Part shown: positions 22,996-33,385 of the stretch, piece after piece
Position numbering within the stretch: position 1 is the stretch's first letter
Layout of the letters: the number at the start of each line of letters is the position of its first letter
The notes under the pieces: generated by a model
Told to the model about the DNA's origin: nothing
The model's input: the letters and a program-made list of their open reading frames with translations, nothing else
Database searches by the model: none
Position numbers and translations under genes: made by a program
Source of the DNA: Aggregatilineales bacterium
GTDB lineage: Bacteria > Chloroflexota > Anaerolineae > Aggregatilineales > Ch27
Length of the DNA: 64,000 nt
Direction: 5' to 3'
Assembly: GCA_029976005.1 (NCBI GenBank)
Contig: JARKOQ010000149.1
Location: 1,315-65,314 of the forward strand

Positions 22996-23928
22996 ATGAA
23001 ACTCGAAAATCTGATTGCCAACCTTCACAACCCGCACCCTGCCATTCGAATCGACGTCGCCCGCGTCCTGGGCATGCTGGATGAGGCGCGCGCGCTGAAG
23101 GCGGTGGGAGAAGCCTACAAGCAGGAGACCGATCCCGACGTGCGCGCCGTGCTGGCCTGGACCGGCAAGCGCCTGTACGCAGCCCAGCAAGCCGGGTATT
23201 CGACCCTCGACGAGATTTTCCGCCACTTCAGGATCAACAACGAAATCGACCATGCCAGCACCAAGGAAGAACAGGAGATGATCCACAGGCTCCAGGCCGA
23301 CCTGGACGCGGAACTGGCCCGCCGCCAGGACGACGCGGCGCGGCGCAAGGTCGGCTCCGCCGTGGCAATGGGACTGGCCGGGGCCATGCTGGGCGGGGCC
23401 TCGATGGGCATGACCATGGCGATGAGCGCCGGAGTCACCCCCGGCGCGGACGTGCTCTCCTCCAACATGGGCAGCCGCCCGGAAACCGGCGTGCAGCGCA
23501 CGCCCGCCGCCATGCCATCGACGGCGGACATCAAGGTCTGGGTCAAACGGCTGCGCGAATCCGCCAGCCCGGCCGACCGGGAGAAAGCGGCGCTTGAGCT
23601 GCTTACGCTGAATAACCCGGCGGCGCTGCCTTTCCTCGGCTCGGCCTTCATGTCCGATCCCTCGCCCCAGGTTCAGGCGGCCGTCCAACGCGTCGGCAAG
23701 CTGCTGTACTGGGGCGTCCTGTATTGGACGATGGAGCAGGACGGCTCGCTGGCGCAGGAAATCGCGCAGCGGGCGGCCGCGCGCGGCAAACCGATCCCGG
23801 ACGACGTAAAACGCGCGATCGCTCCGTCGCCCGCCCAACCGGAACAACCCGCCCGCCCGGAGCAGGATATCAGCGCCATCCTGCGCGCGGCCGAGGCGGG
23901 CCGCAAGCGGCGCATGAAGGGCCACTGA
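22996..23928 (+). CDS. HEAT-repeat domain protein
   Basis: PAIRIDVARVLG, DPDVRAVLAW and DPSPQVQAAV HEAT-like units flank a Gly/Ala/Met-rich hydrophobic segment. Confidence 0.75.
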   Translation: MKLENLIANLHNPHPAIRIDVARVLGMLDEARALKAVGEAYKQETDPDVRAVLAWTGKRLYAAQQAGYSTLDEIFRHFRINNEIDHASTKEEQEMIHRLQADLDAELARRQDDAARRKVGSAVAMGLAGAMLGGASMGMTMAMSAGVTPGADVLSSNMGSRPETGVQRTPAAMPSTADIKVWVKRLRESASPADREKAALELLTLNNPAALPFLGSAFMSDPSPQVQAAVQRVGKLLYWGVLYWTMEQDGSLAQEIAQRAAARGKPIPDDVKRAIAPSPAQPEQPARPEQDISAILRAAEAGRKRRMKGH

Positions 23929-23968
23929 TCCACCCGCGCGATCTTTCGGCTAAAAGGAGCCAATCCCC

Positions 23969-24775
23969 ATGACCCAATCTCTGACGCTCTCCCCCGGCAA
24001 ACGCTTCAGACTCGATGAGTTCGATCCCGACGATCGGGGCGACTTCAAGAGCAAGAAGGAGGCCGAAGAAAAGACCGCGGAGAATCTGCGCCGTCTCAAA
24101 GCCCTCCAGGAGATGCTGTATGCCCAGCAGAAGCACAGCCTGCTGATCATCCTGCAAGCCATGGACGCGGGCGGCAAGGACGGCGCGATCGAGCACGTGA
24201 TGGGCGCTTTCAACCCGCAGGGCGTGCAGGTCACTGCCTTCAAAGCCCCCACGCCGGAAGAGCTGGCCCACGACTTCCTGTGGCGCGTCCACAAGGCCAC
24301 GCCAGGCCGGGGCATGATCGGCATCTTCAACCGGTCACACTACGAGGACGTGCTCATCGTCCGGGTCAAAGAGCTGGTGCCGGAGGAGGTCTGGCGCAAA
24401 CGCTACGACCACATCAACGCCTTCGAGAAGCTGCTGGCCGATTCGGGGGTCACGATCGTCAAGTTCTACCTGCACATCAGCAAGGAAGAACAGAAGGCGC
24501 GTCTGCTCGAACGGCAGCAGACCCCGGAAAAACAGTGGAAGTTCGCGCCGGGCGACCTGGAAGAACGCAAGCGCTGGGGGAGCTACATGGAAGCTTTCGA
24601 GGAGGCGCTGACCCGCTGCAACAAGTCACATGCGCCCTGGTACGTCATCCCCTCCAACCGCAAGTGGTACCGCAACCTGGCGATCTCCGAGGTGCTGATC
24701 AAGACCCTGGAAAAGCTCGACCTGCGCTACCCGGAGCCCCCGCCGGATATCGCCTCGTACGTCATCCCGGACTAG
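23969..24775 (+). CDS. ppk2: Polyphosphate kinase 2 family protein (probably class III)
   Basis: QAMDAGGKDG, AHDFLWR, IFNRSHYEDV and KWYRN motifs; AAGGAG RBS. Confidence 0.95.
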   Translation: MTQSLTLSPGKRFRLDEFDPDDRGDFKSKKEAEEKTAENLRRLKALQEMLYAQQKHSLLIILQAMDAGGKDGAIEHVMGAFNPQGVQVTAFKAPTPEELAHDFLWRVHKATPGRGMIGIFNRSHYEDVLIVRVKELVPEEVWRKRYDHINAFEKLLADSGVTIVKFYLHISKEEQKARLLERQQTPEKQWKFAPGDLEERKRWGSYMEAFEEALTRCNKSHAPWYVIPSNRKWYRNLAISEVLIKTLEKLDLRYPEPPPDIASYVIPD

Positions 24776-24783
24776 CAGAACAA

Positions 24784-24813
24784 CAGGGGGCGCGGACAGT
24801 TCCGCGCCCCCTG
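24784..24813. terminator. Hairpin between convergent ppk2 and rqcH
   Basis: 13-bp perfect stem CAGGGGGCGCGGA/TCCGCGCCCCCTG. Confidence 0.65.
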
Positions 24814-24818
24814 ATCTG

Positions 24819-26528
24819 TCATTCCTCCGCCGCGACATCCGCCGGACGGACCTCGATCACGGTCTCGTTGCGGTAGGTGACCTGCCCAGGCTTGCCGCCC
24901 TTGATCTTGCGCACGTACTTGCGCAGGGTGTAATCGACCTCGGCGCGGCCCTCACCGCGCGCCGCGCTGTAATACGCGGCCAGGGCCGCCGCCCTGGAAA
25001 GCACGTCCTCCGGCACGCCCCGCCCGCCGGTCTTGATGATCACGTGCGCGCCCGGCATCCCTCGGACGTGGCACCACACGTCGTCCGGCGCGCCCTTGTC
25101 GAAAGTGACCTGATCGTTCTGGCGGGAGTTGCGCCCCACCCAGATCACGTAGCCGTCCGGCGTGCTAACCTTCAGGGGGGCCGATTTGCCGGTCTGCGGG
25201 CGAGTCTGGCGCGGGCCGCGCCAGTGTCCATCACGCTCCAGGGCGTCGCGCACCTCGTCGATCTCCGGCCAGTTGGCGGCCAGGGCCAGGTCAGTTTCGA
25301 GCTGCTTGAGGAAGGCCAACTCATTCTCGGCGGCCTGGAGCAGAGCCGGTACGCCTTCCAGGGCGCGCTTGGCCTTGTCGTATTTCTCGAAGTACTCCTT
25401 GGCGTTATCCAGCGCGGAAAGCGCCGGGTCGAGTTTAATCCGGACGGGCGGCCCATCGAGGTCGTACTGCGCCTCGAATTCGGTCGCTCCCCTGGGGATG
25501 GTGTACTGGTAGGCCAGCAGCAGTTCCCCCGCCTGCCGGATGTGGGTCAGTTCCGCCTCGGAACGCAGCCCTTCGCGCAGCGACTCGGCCTTGTGGCCGA
25601 CCCTAGCCAGCGCCTCCCGAATCTGCGCCAGCACCGGCTCCTTGGCTTTCTGGTAGGCGTCCTCGCCGACCGGCGCGCCGTAATACGCCTCCAGGGCCGC
25701 GCTGATCGACGGGCTGGCCTCCCAGCCGGGCAGGTACGTCACCTCGAAGGTTGAGAAAGAAGTCACCCGGCCGCTTTCGTCACGGGTCATGCCCGGCCGC
25801 CAGGCGCGTTTGAGCAGCGGCTTGATCAGCTCGGCATAGGCGCTGAAGACGGCTCGCGCGCCGCAGTCCGCAGCGCTGGCGTTGGCGCGGCCCACCGCCT
25901 GGAAGATCATCTCACGGGCCAGCAGCGGGCTGACGCCCTGGATGTGGCGCGACAGAATCCGCCAGGCCGGATCGCCGGGAATCTCATCCAGCCATGCGGC
26001 GATCTCGCCCACCTCGACCATGCCCGCCGGCACCTTATCCACCTGGGGCGGCGGCTCCACGTAGTCGCGCCCCGGCAGGCTGACCCGGACGCGGTTGTCC
26101 TGCGCCCCCACCCGCCGGACGCAGTCCAGAATCAGCCCTTCCTGGACGAGCAGGATGTTGGCCCGCCGCTCGATCGCCTCGACGATCACCTGGCTGAGAC
26201 CCAGCGGGCTGTCAAAGTGCAGGATCAGGACGCGCTCCCCAACCGGCTGGGTGATATCCACCAGGAAACCGCTTTCCACGTAACGCCGCATCAGCAGGCC
26301 GAGCTGGGTGGGCTTGGGCAGCCCGCGCCGCAGCTTGCCATCGACCAGATGCGCTCGCGGCCGGTTCGGATCGGCGTCCAGCAGCAGGTAATAGCGCTGG
26401 TGGTCGTTGTAGATTTCCAGCCCGATCGCGGCTTCCGTCACGTCGAGCACGTCCTGCGCCCGGCCGCCCACCAGCCGCTCGCGCAGCTCGTCCACCAGGG
26501 CGCTGATGGTGAAAACATCAAAGTACAT
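24819..26528 (-). CDS. rqcH: NFACT family ribosome quality control protein (RqcH/Rqc2/FbpA)
   Basis: MYFD N-terminus, NAKEYFEKYDKAK, VGRNSRQND, WCHVRGMPGAHV and AAYYS motifs. Confidence 0.92.
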   Translation of the reverse strand: MYFDVFTISALVDELRERLVGGRAQDVLDVTEAAIGLEIYNDHQRYYLLLDADPNRPRAHLVDGKLRRGLPKPTQLGLLMRRYVESGFLVDITQPVGERVLILHFDSPLGLSQVIVEAIERRANILLVQEGLILDCVRRVGAQDNRVRVSLPGRDYVEPPPQVDKVPAGMVEVGEIAAWLDEIPGDPAWRILSRHIQGVSPLLAREMIFQAVGRANASAADCGARAVFSAYAELIKPLLKRAWRPGMTRDESGRVTSFSTFEVTYLPGWEASPSISAALEAYYGAPVGEDAYQKAKEPVLAQIREALARVGHKAESLREGLRSEAELTHIRQAGELLLAYQYTIPRGATEFEAQYDLDGPPVRIKLDPALSALDNAKEYFEKYDKAKRALEGVPALLQAAENELAFLKQLETDLALAANWPEIDEVRDALERDGHWRGPRQTRPQTGKSAPLKVSTPDGYVIWVGRNSRQNDQVTFDKGAPDDVWCHVRGMPGAHVIIKTGGRGVPEDVLSRAAALAAYYSAARGEGRAEVDYTLRKYVRKIKGGKPGQVTYRNETVIEVRPADVAAEE

Positions 26529-26555
26529 GGGAATAGCCCGTCTTCTCGCTGTGTG

Positions 26556-27245
26556 TCAGCGCGTATCGCCCGGCTCGTCGCGCTCCGGCTCGGCGGGCCG
26601 AAGCCCCTGTTTGGCTCTGGCCCGGTTGCGAGCCACATAGGGCCGCAGGCGAATGGGACCGGCCTGCTCCGGGTATTTGGGCGACTTGGTAGCGTAAAAC
26701 GTCCGGATGATTTCCATGTCCGCGTCGATGTCGTCGCCGGGTTCGACCACCGGGCCGAAGCCCCCCTCGCGTTTGGCATAGTCCAGGTAGCCCAGCACCA
26801 GCGGCACCCCGGCCTGCTCGGCGATCTCATAGAAACCGGACTTCCAGAACGAGACCCGCTTGCGCGTGCCTTCCGGCGCGATGGCGATCACCATGTCCTC
26901 GTTGTGCGCGAACAGGTCGAGCAACTGCTGGGCCATGTCCATGCTGCGGCTGCGGTCGATCGGCTTGCCTCCCAGGGCGCGCACGATCGGCCCCAGCGGC
27001 CAGCGAAACAGAGAATCCTTCATCAGTACCGTGAGTTTGACGCCCGCCGCCAGCGTCACCACGAACAGCAGGAAGCCATCCCAGTTGCTCGTGTGCGGCG
27101 CGCCGATCAGCACGTAACGCCGCAAGGGCGGCGGCGGATCGCCCAACCGCCAACCGAGCAGGCGCAGAAACACGTGCGCCGGGCCGCGTATCAGACGCCG
27201 TCCCAGGGAGAGCCGGCCCGGCATAGCTGCCGTTTTCGTGGTCAT
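26556..27245 (-). CDS. 1-acyl-sn-glycerol-3-phosphate acyltransferase family (PlsC-like)
   Basis: APHTSNWD (HX4D) and APEGTR motifs. Confidence 0.9.
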   Translation of the reverse strand: MTTKTAAMPGRLSLGRRLIRGPAHVFLRLLGWRLGDPPPPLRRYVLIGAPHTSNWDGFLLFVVTLAAGVKLTVLMKDSLFRWPLGPIVRALGGKPIDRSRSMDMAQQLLDLFAHNEDMVIAIAPEGTRKRVSFWKSGFYEIAEQAGVPLVLGYLDYAKREGGFGPVVEPGDDIDADMEIIRTFYATKSPKYPEQAGPIRLRPYVARNRARAKQGLRPAEPERDEPGDTR

Positions 27246-27520
27246 GAACCCACCTTTGTCTCGTCGGTAAAACCAATCAAGGGCGAACGATAGGCACGCC
27301 CCCGATTATACCAGCCTCGACCCCGGCCATCGCACCCAACCGGAAAGCATCTTCCCCGGAGTCTGTCGTGCGGCTGGGAGCGGCGAAGCGGCAAGCGTCC
27401 AAGCACCAGGCGAAAAGCCGGAGCGGAGTGGGGGCACGCCGCAGCGATGAAAAGGCAGTTTCAACCGTGTGTTGCCAGCCGATCTTGGCGTTTGTCTGAC
27501 CGCCGATTTTCTGAGTCTTT

Positions 27521-27561
27521 CTCCGCGTTTTTCCTTGGCGTTCTTGGCATCATGGCGGTTC
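27521..27561 (+). repeat. Dispersed intergenic repeat, copy 3
   Basis: CTCCGCGTTTTTCCTTGGCGTTCTTGGCATCATGGCGGTTC. Confidence 0.65.
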
Positions 27562-27655
27562 GCTTTGCTTTTGGCGCGATCGCCCAGCCCGCTGATCGCC
27601 CCGCCATTGGCGTCTGCCCCGGCCTGATGCTACAATGCTGCGCGAGGTCGAACCC

Positions 27656-28201
27656 ATGCTGATTGCCATTGGCTCGCTCAATCCGGTCAAAATCCATGCG
27701 GCTGAACAGGTGCTTCAGCCTCTCTTTCCGCACGCCGAGCTGCGCCCGGTTCCGGCGTCCTCCGGCGTCCCGGAACAACCCTGGGGCGAAACCGAGACGC
27801 GCACCGGCGCGATCAACCGCGCCCGCGCGGCGCGGACGGTCTGCCAGGCGGACCTGGCCGTCGGCTTCGAGGGCGGCCTGATCCGCACCGACCTGGGGCT
27901 GATGACCTGCGCGTGGTGCGCCGTGGTCGCGGCCGATGGGCGGCTTGGCATCGGCGGCGGATCGCACATGCTGCTGCCGCCCGCCGTGGAAGGACTGCTG
28001 GCGGAAGGCCAGGAGCTGGGGGCGGCCATGGACAGCCTGACCGGCCGGCACGATACCAAGCACGGCCTGGGGGCGATCGGCATCCTGACGGGCGGCCTGG
28101 AAGATCGCAGCAGCGCCTACGCGCACCTGCTGCGCCTGGCGCTCGCCCCGTTTCGCAGCCCGGAACTGTTCCAGGAAGGACCCCATCTTGACCGAGACTG
28201 A
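27656..28201 (+). CDS. yjjX: Inosine/xanthosine triphosphatase (DUF84)
   Basis: GSLNPVKI, SGVPEQP, GAINRA, GFEGG and GAIGILT motifs. Confidence 0.9.
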   Translation: MLIAIGSLNPVKIHAAEQVLQPLFPHAELRPVPASSGVPEQPWGETETRTGAINRARAARTVCQADLAVGFEGGLIRTDLGLMTCAWCAVVAADGRLGIGGGSHMLLPPAVEGLLAEGQELGAAMDSLTGRHDTKHGLGAIGILTGGLEDRSSAYAHLLRLALAPFRSPELFQEGPHLDRD

Positions 28202-29012
28202 AGCCATCCAGCGCCGGGCATCGGAGACGCCGGTGACCGTCGCCTCCCTGAGCGACGACCTGATCCGGCTCGGCCTGACCGCGGGCCAGACCGTGTTGGT
28301 GCATTCGTCGCTGAGCGTGCTCGGCTGGGTTTGTGGCGGCCCGGTCGCGGTCATCCAGGCCCTGGAAGCCGTGCTGGGGCCAACCGGCACGCTGATCATG
28401 CCCGCCCATTCCGGCGACCTGTCCGATCCGGGCTACTGGGTCAATCCGCCCGTCCCGGAATCGTGGTGGCCGGTCATCCGCGCCACCATGCCGGCCTTCG
28501 AACCGGACCTGACCCCGACGCGGGGCATGGGGATTATCGCGGAGTGCTTCCGCAAGCAAGACGGCGTGCGGCGCAGCAGCCACCCGGCGGTTTCTTTCGC
28601 CGCCTGGGGCCGCCATGCCGAGATCATCACGGCCGATCACCAGCTCCAGGACTGCCTGGGCGACGGCTCGCCGCTGGCCCGGCTGTACGATCGCGACGGC
28701 TGGGTGCTGCTGCTGGGAGTCGGCCACGCCAACAACACGTCGCTCCACCTGGCCGAATACCGGGCGACCTGGCCCGGCAAGAAGCACACCACACAGGGTG
28801 CGCCCATTCGTATCGACGGCGAGCGCCGCTGGGTGAGCTTCACCGACATCGATCTGAACGACCAGGACTTTCCCCAGATCGGGGAGGCCTTTGAAGCCCA
28901 GGCCGGTGATGCGCTCCGGATTGGGCCGGTGGGCAGCGGCACGGCCCGGCTGATGCGCCAGCGCGCGCTGGTCGATTTTGCAGTAACATGGATGGAAAAT
29001 CACCGAATCTGA
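28188..29012 (+). CDS. AAC(3)/YokD family N-acetyltransferase
   Basis: VLVHSSLS.LGWV.GG, RSSHPAVSFAAWG and NTSLHLAE motifs; TTG start overlapping yjjX. Confidence 0.92.
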   Translation: MTETEAIQRRASETPVTVASLSDDLIRLGLTAGQTVLVHSSLSVLGWVCGGPVAVIQALEAVLGPTGTLIMPAHSGDLSDPGYWVNPPVPESWWPVIRATMPAFEPDLTPTRGMGIIAECFRKQDGVRRSSHPAVSFAAWGRHAEIITADHQLQDCLGDGSPLARLYDRDGWVLLLGVGHANNTSLHLAEYRATWPGKKHTTQGAPIRIDGERRWVSFTDIDLNDQDFPQIGEAFEAQAGDALRIGPVGSGTARLMRQRALVDFAVTWMENHRI

Positions 29013-29079
29013 TCGGGTGCCGCTGTTCTGTCTGGCGCCGATCCAGCCCTCAACCGTCCGTACGGGGGGAGCGAATCCG

Positions 29080-30297
29080 ATGAAAAGAACCACACTGTTT
29101 TTACTGGTCGCGACTCTGCTGTTGGCGGCCTGCACGATGGCCGCACCCCAACCAGAGGCGACCCAGGCCCCGGCCGCCGCGCAGGAGACTAAATCCGCGC
29201 CCCCGGCAAACGCCACGGCTGCGCCAGAGACCGCAATCACGCCGAACGCCACGCTCGTGCCACGGCCGGTCATCGACCTGCTCATCGGCGATCAGACAGT
29301 CACCGGCCTGCCCGCCGCGTCCTGCTGGCTGGAGAGCGCCAACGACATTGTCTGCCAGCCCGATCCGGCCGACCTGACCGGGATCGACGCGACCACCATC
29401 ACCGCCGGAGATAACCTGACTTTCGCCATCCAGGGCACGGCCGGCACACCCGCCGCGTTCTACCTCAATCTGCTGAACGAGAAAGCCGGGGGAGAGCCAG
29501 TTCGGATTGACTTCGGTACGGTGAGCAGCGCGCAGTACATTCCCAACCTGGAACCGGGCATCCATCGCATGGCGGTCGTCGCCGAGTATCCGCTTGACAG
29601 CGGCGATACCTCCTTCGTGTCCGCGATCTTCGCGATCGAGGTCCCCCAGGTGCTGGCCGAAGCGCCGACCGTCGCGGCGACCCCGACGGTCGCCCAGCCC
29701 ACCGCGTCCCCCGCTCAAGAAACGAAACCGACCGAGGCCAGCGCGGCCATGAATACCCCGACCCCGGCGGCCACGACGGCAGCTCCAACGGAAACGCCGA
29801 CCGAGGTATCGCCCACCGTGCCGCCGTCGCCCACCCCACCGCCACCGCCAACCGCCCGGCCCACCGAAGTGCCCGCCACAGCCATCCCATCGCCTACGAT
29901 CGCCCCCACCGAAGGCCCTGCCGGCGCCGGGAACATCCCGGAAGTGATCGCGGTCAACGGCGGCCAGAACTACGTGCCGTCCGCGGTCGAGTTCTGCCCG
30001 CAGGGCGCGGCGGAAGACGCCTGCACCGAGTTCCCGGCCACGGCTCAGAGCGAGCGCATTCTGGTCGCCAACGGGGATACCATTCGCATCGACCTCGCCA
30101 GTCCGGGGCCGAGCAGCATTAGCCTCGCCCTGGCCAACAACAGCCTGAGCCAGGAACTCAACCGCACCGATCTGGCCGGTAGCACGATCGCGCTGTACAC
30201 CGTCAGCGGAAACGCGGGCAACTACATCCTGGTTGTCTCGGCTCAATGGCCCAACGGCGTGGCGACCTACTACTTCCGTCTGCAAATTCAGGGATAG
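29080..30297 (+). CDS. Lipoprotein with two similar beta-rich domains and a Pro/Thr-rich linker
   Basis: Signal peptide with LAAC lipobox; PT-rich linker; GGGGAG RBS. Confidence 0.8.
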   Translation: MKRTTLFLLVATLLLAACTMAAPQPEATQAPAAAQETKSAPPANATAAPETAITPNATLVPRPVIDLLIGDQTVTGLPAASCWLESANDIVCQPDPADLTGIDATTITAGDNLTFAIQGTAGTPAAFYLNLLNEKAGGEPVRIDFGTVSSAQYIPNLEPGIHRMAVVAEYPLDSGDTSFVSAIFAIEVPQVLAEAPTVAATPTVAQPTASPAQETKPTEASAAMNTPTPAATTAAPTETPTEVSPTVPPSPTPPPPPTARPTEVPATAIPSPTIAPTEGPAGAGNIPEVIAVNGGQNYVPSAVEFCPQGAAEDACTEFPATAQSERILVANGDTIRIDLASPGPSSISLALANNSLSQELNRTDLAGSTIALYTVSGNAGNYILVVSAQWPNGVATYYFRLQIQG

Positions 30298-30347
30298 ATC
30301 GCCTACCCCTGGCGGCGCATCCCCCCTACAATAGAAGAAACATCGAC

Positions 30348-30376
30348 GCGGGCAGGGAGACAGTTTCCCTGCCCGC
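30348..30376 (+). promoter_or_regulatory. Hairpin in the melA leader / after the lipoprotein gene
   Basis: GCGGGCAGGGA/TCCCTGCCCGC stem just after a TACAAT element at 30327. Confidence 0.45.
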
Positions 30377-30444
30377 CCGATCCAATCACCCGATCCTCAA
30401 CAGCCAGACTGCTCGATCCATTTCGCCCATAGGGAGTCAGGACG

Positions 30445-31758
30445 ATGCCAAAGATTACGCTGGTGGGTGCCGGCAGCACCGTGTTCGCCAAGAACCTGCT
30501 GGGGGATATTCTAAGCTTCCCCGAGCTGGCCGGGTCTCAGATCACGCTGTTCGACATCGACGAGAATCGCCTTCATACCTCCGAGATCGTCGCCCACAAA
30601 GTCGCCCAGGCGGTCAAGGCCCACCCGACGGTGGAGAGCACGACCGACCGGCGGCGGGCGCTGGACGGCGCGGATTATGTGATCACGATGTTCCAGATTG
30701 GCGGGTACAAGCCCGGCACCGTGATCGACTTCGAGATTCCCAAGAAATACGGCCTGCGCCAGACCATTGCGGACACCCTGGGCATCGGCGGAATCATGCG
30801 CGGGCTGCGGACAATCCCCGTGCTGCTGGACATGTGCGCGGAGATGGAAACACTCTGCCCAGACGTCTTTCACCTCAACTACGTCAATCCGATGGCCATG
30901 AATTGCTGGGCCATCAACGAGGCCACCAACATCAGGACAGTTGGGCTGTGCCACAGCGTGCAGGGCACGGCGGAGCAGATCGCCAGCGACATTCGCGTGC
31001 CGATTGAGGAGATCAACTACCTCTGCGCCGGGATCAACCACATGGCGTTCTACCTCAAGTTCGAGCGCCGCCTGCCGGACGGCAGCACCGAGAATCTGTA
31101 CCCCCGCATCCAGGGCGTGATCGACGAAAATCGAGTCCCCGCCTGGAACCGGGTGCGTTACGAAATGTTCCGGCGGCTGGGGTACTTCGTGACCGAATCT
31201 AGCGAGCACTTCAGCGAATACACGCCCTGGTTCATCAAGCGTGACCGGCCCGACCTGATCGAAAAATTCAATATCCCCCTGGACGAGTACATCACCCGTT
31301 GCGAGGCCCAGATCGCCGGCTGGGAGGGCCTGCGCGAGGCCCTGGAGGATCGCAACGAGCCGCTGGCCCACGAGCGCAGCCATGAATACGGTTCCTACAT
31401 CATCCACAGCCTGGAAACGGGCGTGCCGCGCGTGATCTATGGCAATGTCGCCAACCAGGGCCTGATCGACAACCTGCCCGCCGATTGCTGCGTGGAAGTC
31501 CCCTGTCTGGTGGACAGGAACGGCCTCCAGCCAACCCGGATCGGCAGTCTGCCACCCCACCTCGCGGCCCTGATGCAAACCAACATCAACGTCCAGGCCC
31601 TCACGGTAGAAGCCGCCCTGACCGGCAAGCGCGAGCACATCTACCACGCAGCGATGCTGGACCCGCACACCGCCGCCGAACTCGACCTCGATCAAATCTG
31701 GTCGCTGGTGGATGACCTCATCGAGGCGCACGGCGACTGGCTGCCCGCCTTCCATTAA
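30445..31758 (+). CDS. melA: NAD+-dependent alpha-galactosidase, GH4
   Basis: [41 protein letters not shown] and [10 protein letters not shown] motifs. Confidence 0.93.
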   Translation: MPKITLVGAGSTVFAKNLLGDILSFPELAGSQITLFDIDENRLHTSEIVAHKVAQAVKAHPTVESTTDRRRALDGADYVITMFQIGGYKPGTVIDFEIPKKYGLRQTIADTLGIGGIMRGLRTIPVLLDMCAEMETLCPDVFHLNYVNPMAMNCWAINEATNIRTVGLCHSVQGTAEQIASDIRVPIEEINYLCAGINHMAFYLKFERRLPDGSTENLYPRIQGVIDENRVPAWNRVRYEMFRRLGYFVTESSEHFSEYTPWFIKRDRPDLIEKFNIPLDEYITRCEAQIAGWEGLREALEDRNEPLAHERSHEYGSYIIHSLETGVPRVIYGNVANQGLIDNLPADCCVEVPCLVDRNGLQPTRIGSLPPHLAALMQTNINVQALTVEAALTGKREHIYHAAMLDPHTAAELDLDQIWSLVDDLIEAHGDWLPAFH

Positions 31759-31792
31759 TCGCGTCGGAATCCTTCGTGGGGGGAACATCCCT

Positions 31793-32842
31793 ATGTCCGA
31801 GTCCATTTTCGACCCAACCGAACACCCACATCGCCGCCTGAACAAGCTGACCGGCGAATGGGTGCTCGTTTCGCCGCACCGCACCAAACGCCCCTGGCAG
31901 GGCCAGATCGAGCGCCTGCCGGAGGAGCAGCGCCCGACCTACGATCCGGGCTGCTACCTGTGCCCCGGCAACAGGCGCGCCGGGGACGTCGCCAACCCGA
32001 ACTACGAGTCGACCTTCGTCTTCACCAACGACTTCGCCGCCCTCCTGCCGGAGACGCCCGTCGCGGAAAGCAGCCCCAGTCCGCTGTTCGAGGCCAGGAC
32101 GACGCGCGGCACCTGCCGGGTGATCTGCTTCTCCCCGCGCCACGACCTGACCCTGCCGCTGATGTCGCTGGAGGAAATCCGGACGGTGATCGATCTGTGG
32201 GCCGATCAGATCACTGACCTCGGTCAGACCTATCGCTGGGTCCAGATTTTCGAGACCAAGGGCGCGATCATGGGCACCTCGAATGCCCATCCGCACGGCC
32301 AGGTCTGGGCCGGAGACGTCCTGCCCAACGAGCCGTTCAAGGAAGACCGCGAGCAGCGGGCTTACTTCGAGCAGTTCGGCTCGGTACTGCTGGTCGACTA
32401 CGCCCGGCAGGAGAGCGAGCGGCGCGAGCGCGTGGTCGTGGAAAACGAGGAATGGCTGGTGGTGGTGCCCTATTGGGCCTACTGGCCGTTCGAGACACTC
32501 GTCCTGCCGCGCCGCCACGTCCTGCGCCTGCCCGATCTGACCGGCCCGGAGCGCAACGGGCTGGCGGACGTGCTCAAACGCCTGCTGACGCGCTACGACA
32601 ACGTGTTCGAGACCTCCTTCCCGTATGGCTCCGGCTGGCACGGCGCGCCGACCGGCCCCGGCGACTATGGCTACTGGCAGCTTCACGCCCACTACTACCC
32701 GCCCCTGCTGCGCTCGGCCACGGTCAAGAAGTTCGTCGCCAGCTACGAGATGCTGGGCGAAGTCCAGCGCGACCTGACCGCCGAACAGGCGGCGGCCCGG
32801 CTGCGCGAGCTTCCCGACGTGCATTACCGCCAGCGCGGGTGA
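31793..32842 (+). CDS. galT: Galactose-1-phosphate uridylyltransferase
   Basis: [23 protein letters not shown], catalytic HPH and [12 protein letters not shown] motifs. Confidence 0.96.
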   Translation: MSESIFDPTEHPHRRLNKLTGEWVLVSPHRTKRPWQGQIERLPEEQRPTYDPGCYLCPGNRRAGDVANPNYESTFVFTNDFAALLPETPVAESSPSPLFEARTTRGTCRVICFSPRHDLTLPLMSLEEIRTVIDLWADQITDLGQTYRWVQIFETKGAIMGTSNAHPHGQVWAGDVLPNEPFKEDREQRAYFEQFGSVLLVDYARQESERRERVVVENEEWLVVVPYWAYWPFETLVLPRRHVLRLPDLTGPERNGLADVLKRLLTRYDNVFETSFPYGSGWHGAPTGPGDYGYWQLHAHYYPPLLRSATVKKFVASYEMLGEVQRDLTAEQAAARLRELPDVHYRQRG

Positions 32843-32920
32843 GTTTTCCTGTTTGAGGCCATTCCGATCTATGGTAGAATGCGTCAGGTGCGCGTCCCTC
32901 AGGCAAGCGAGCAGGTGAGC

Positions 32921-33385
32921 ATGGGCGAGGCAAAAGTATTGACTCCACGCCAGCAGCACCGGCGTCAGGTTCGGAACCAGATCATGCTGCCGATGCTGGG
33001 CATTCTGGCGGGTCTGATCCTGCTGCTGCTCGTGGTCGGGCTGGCCCTCAACGGGGGGCAGGTCTCGCTGGTCGCGGACTTCATGCTGACCCTGTTCTAC
33101 CTGCTGCCCCTGATGCTGACCTGCCTGATCCCGACCCTGCTCATGATGGCGGCCGCCGTCGGGCTGTGGAAAGCCACCAACATGGCCGCCCCGCCGTTGC
33201 GCCGGGGCCGGTCGAGAGCCGTCAGCACCCTCCAGCGCGTCCAGCGCATGGTGCCCAGGGCCGCCGCGCCGGTCGTCGCCCTGCAGAGCCGCCTGAGCTA
33301 TCTTGAGCGTTTTGTCGGACGTCTGGCAGGCCAGCCGCCTTCCGCCAGCACGCCCCCTTCACAGGAGCAATCCAATGGCCGTTAA
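32921..33385 (+). CDS. Hypothetical membrane protein (2 TM)
   Basis: Two long hydrophobic segments; start uncertain (32879 or 32921). Confidence 0.7.
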   Translation: MGEAKVLTPRQQHRRQVRNQIMLPMLGILAGLILLLLVVGLALNGGQVSLVADFMLTLFYLLPLMLTCLIPTLLMMAAAVGLWKATNMAAPPLRRGRSRAVSTLQRVQRMVPRAAAPVVALQSRLSYLERFVGRLAGQPPSASTPPSQEQSNGR

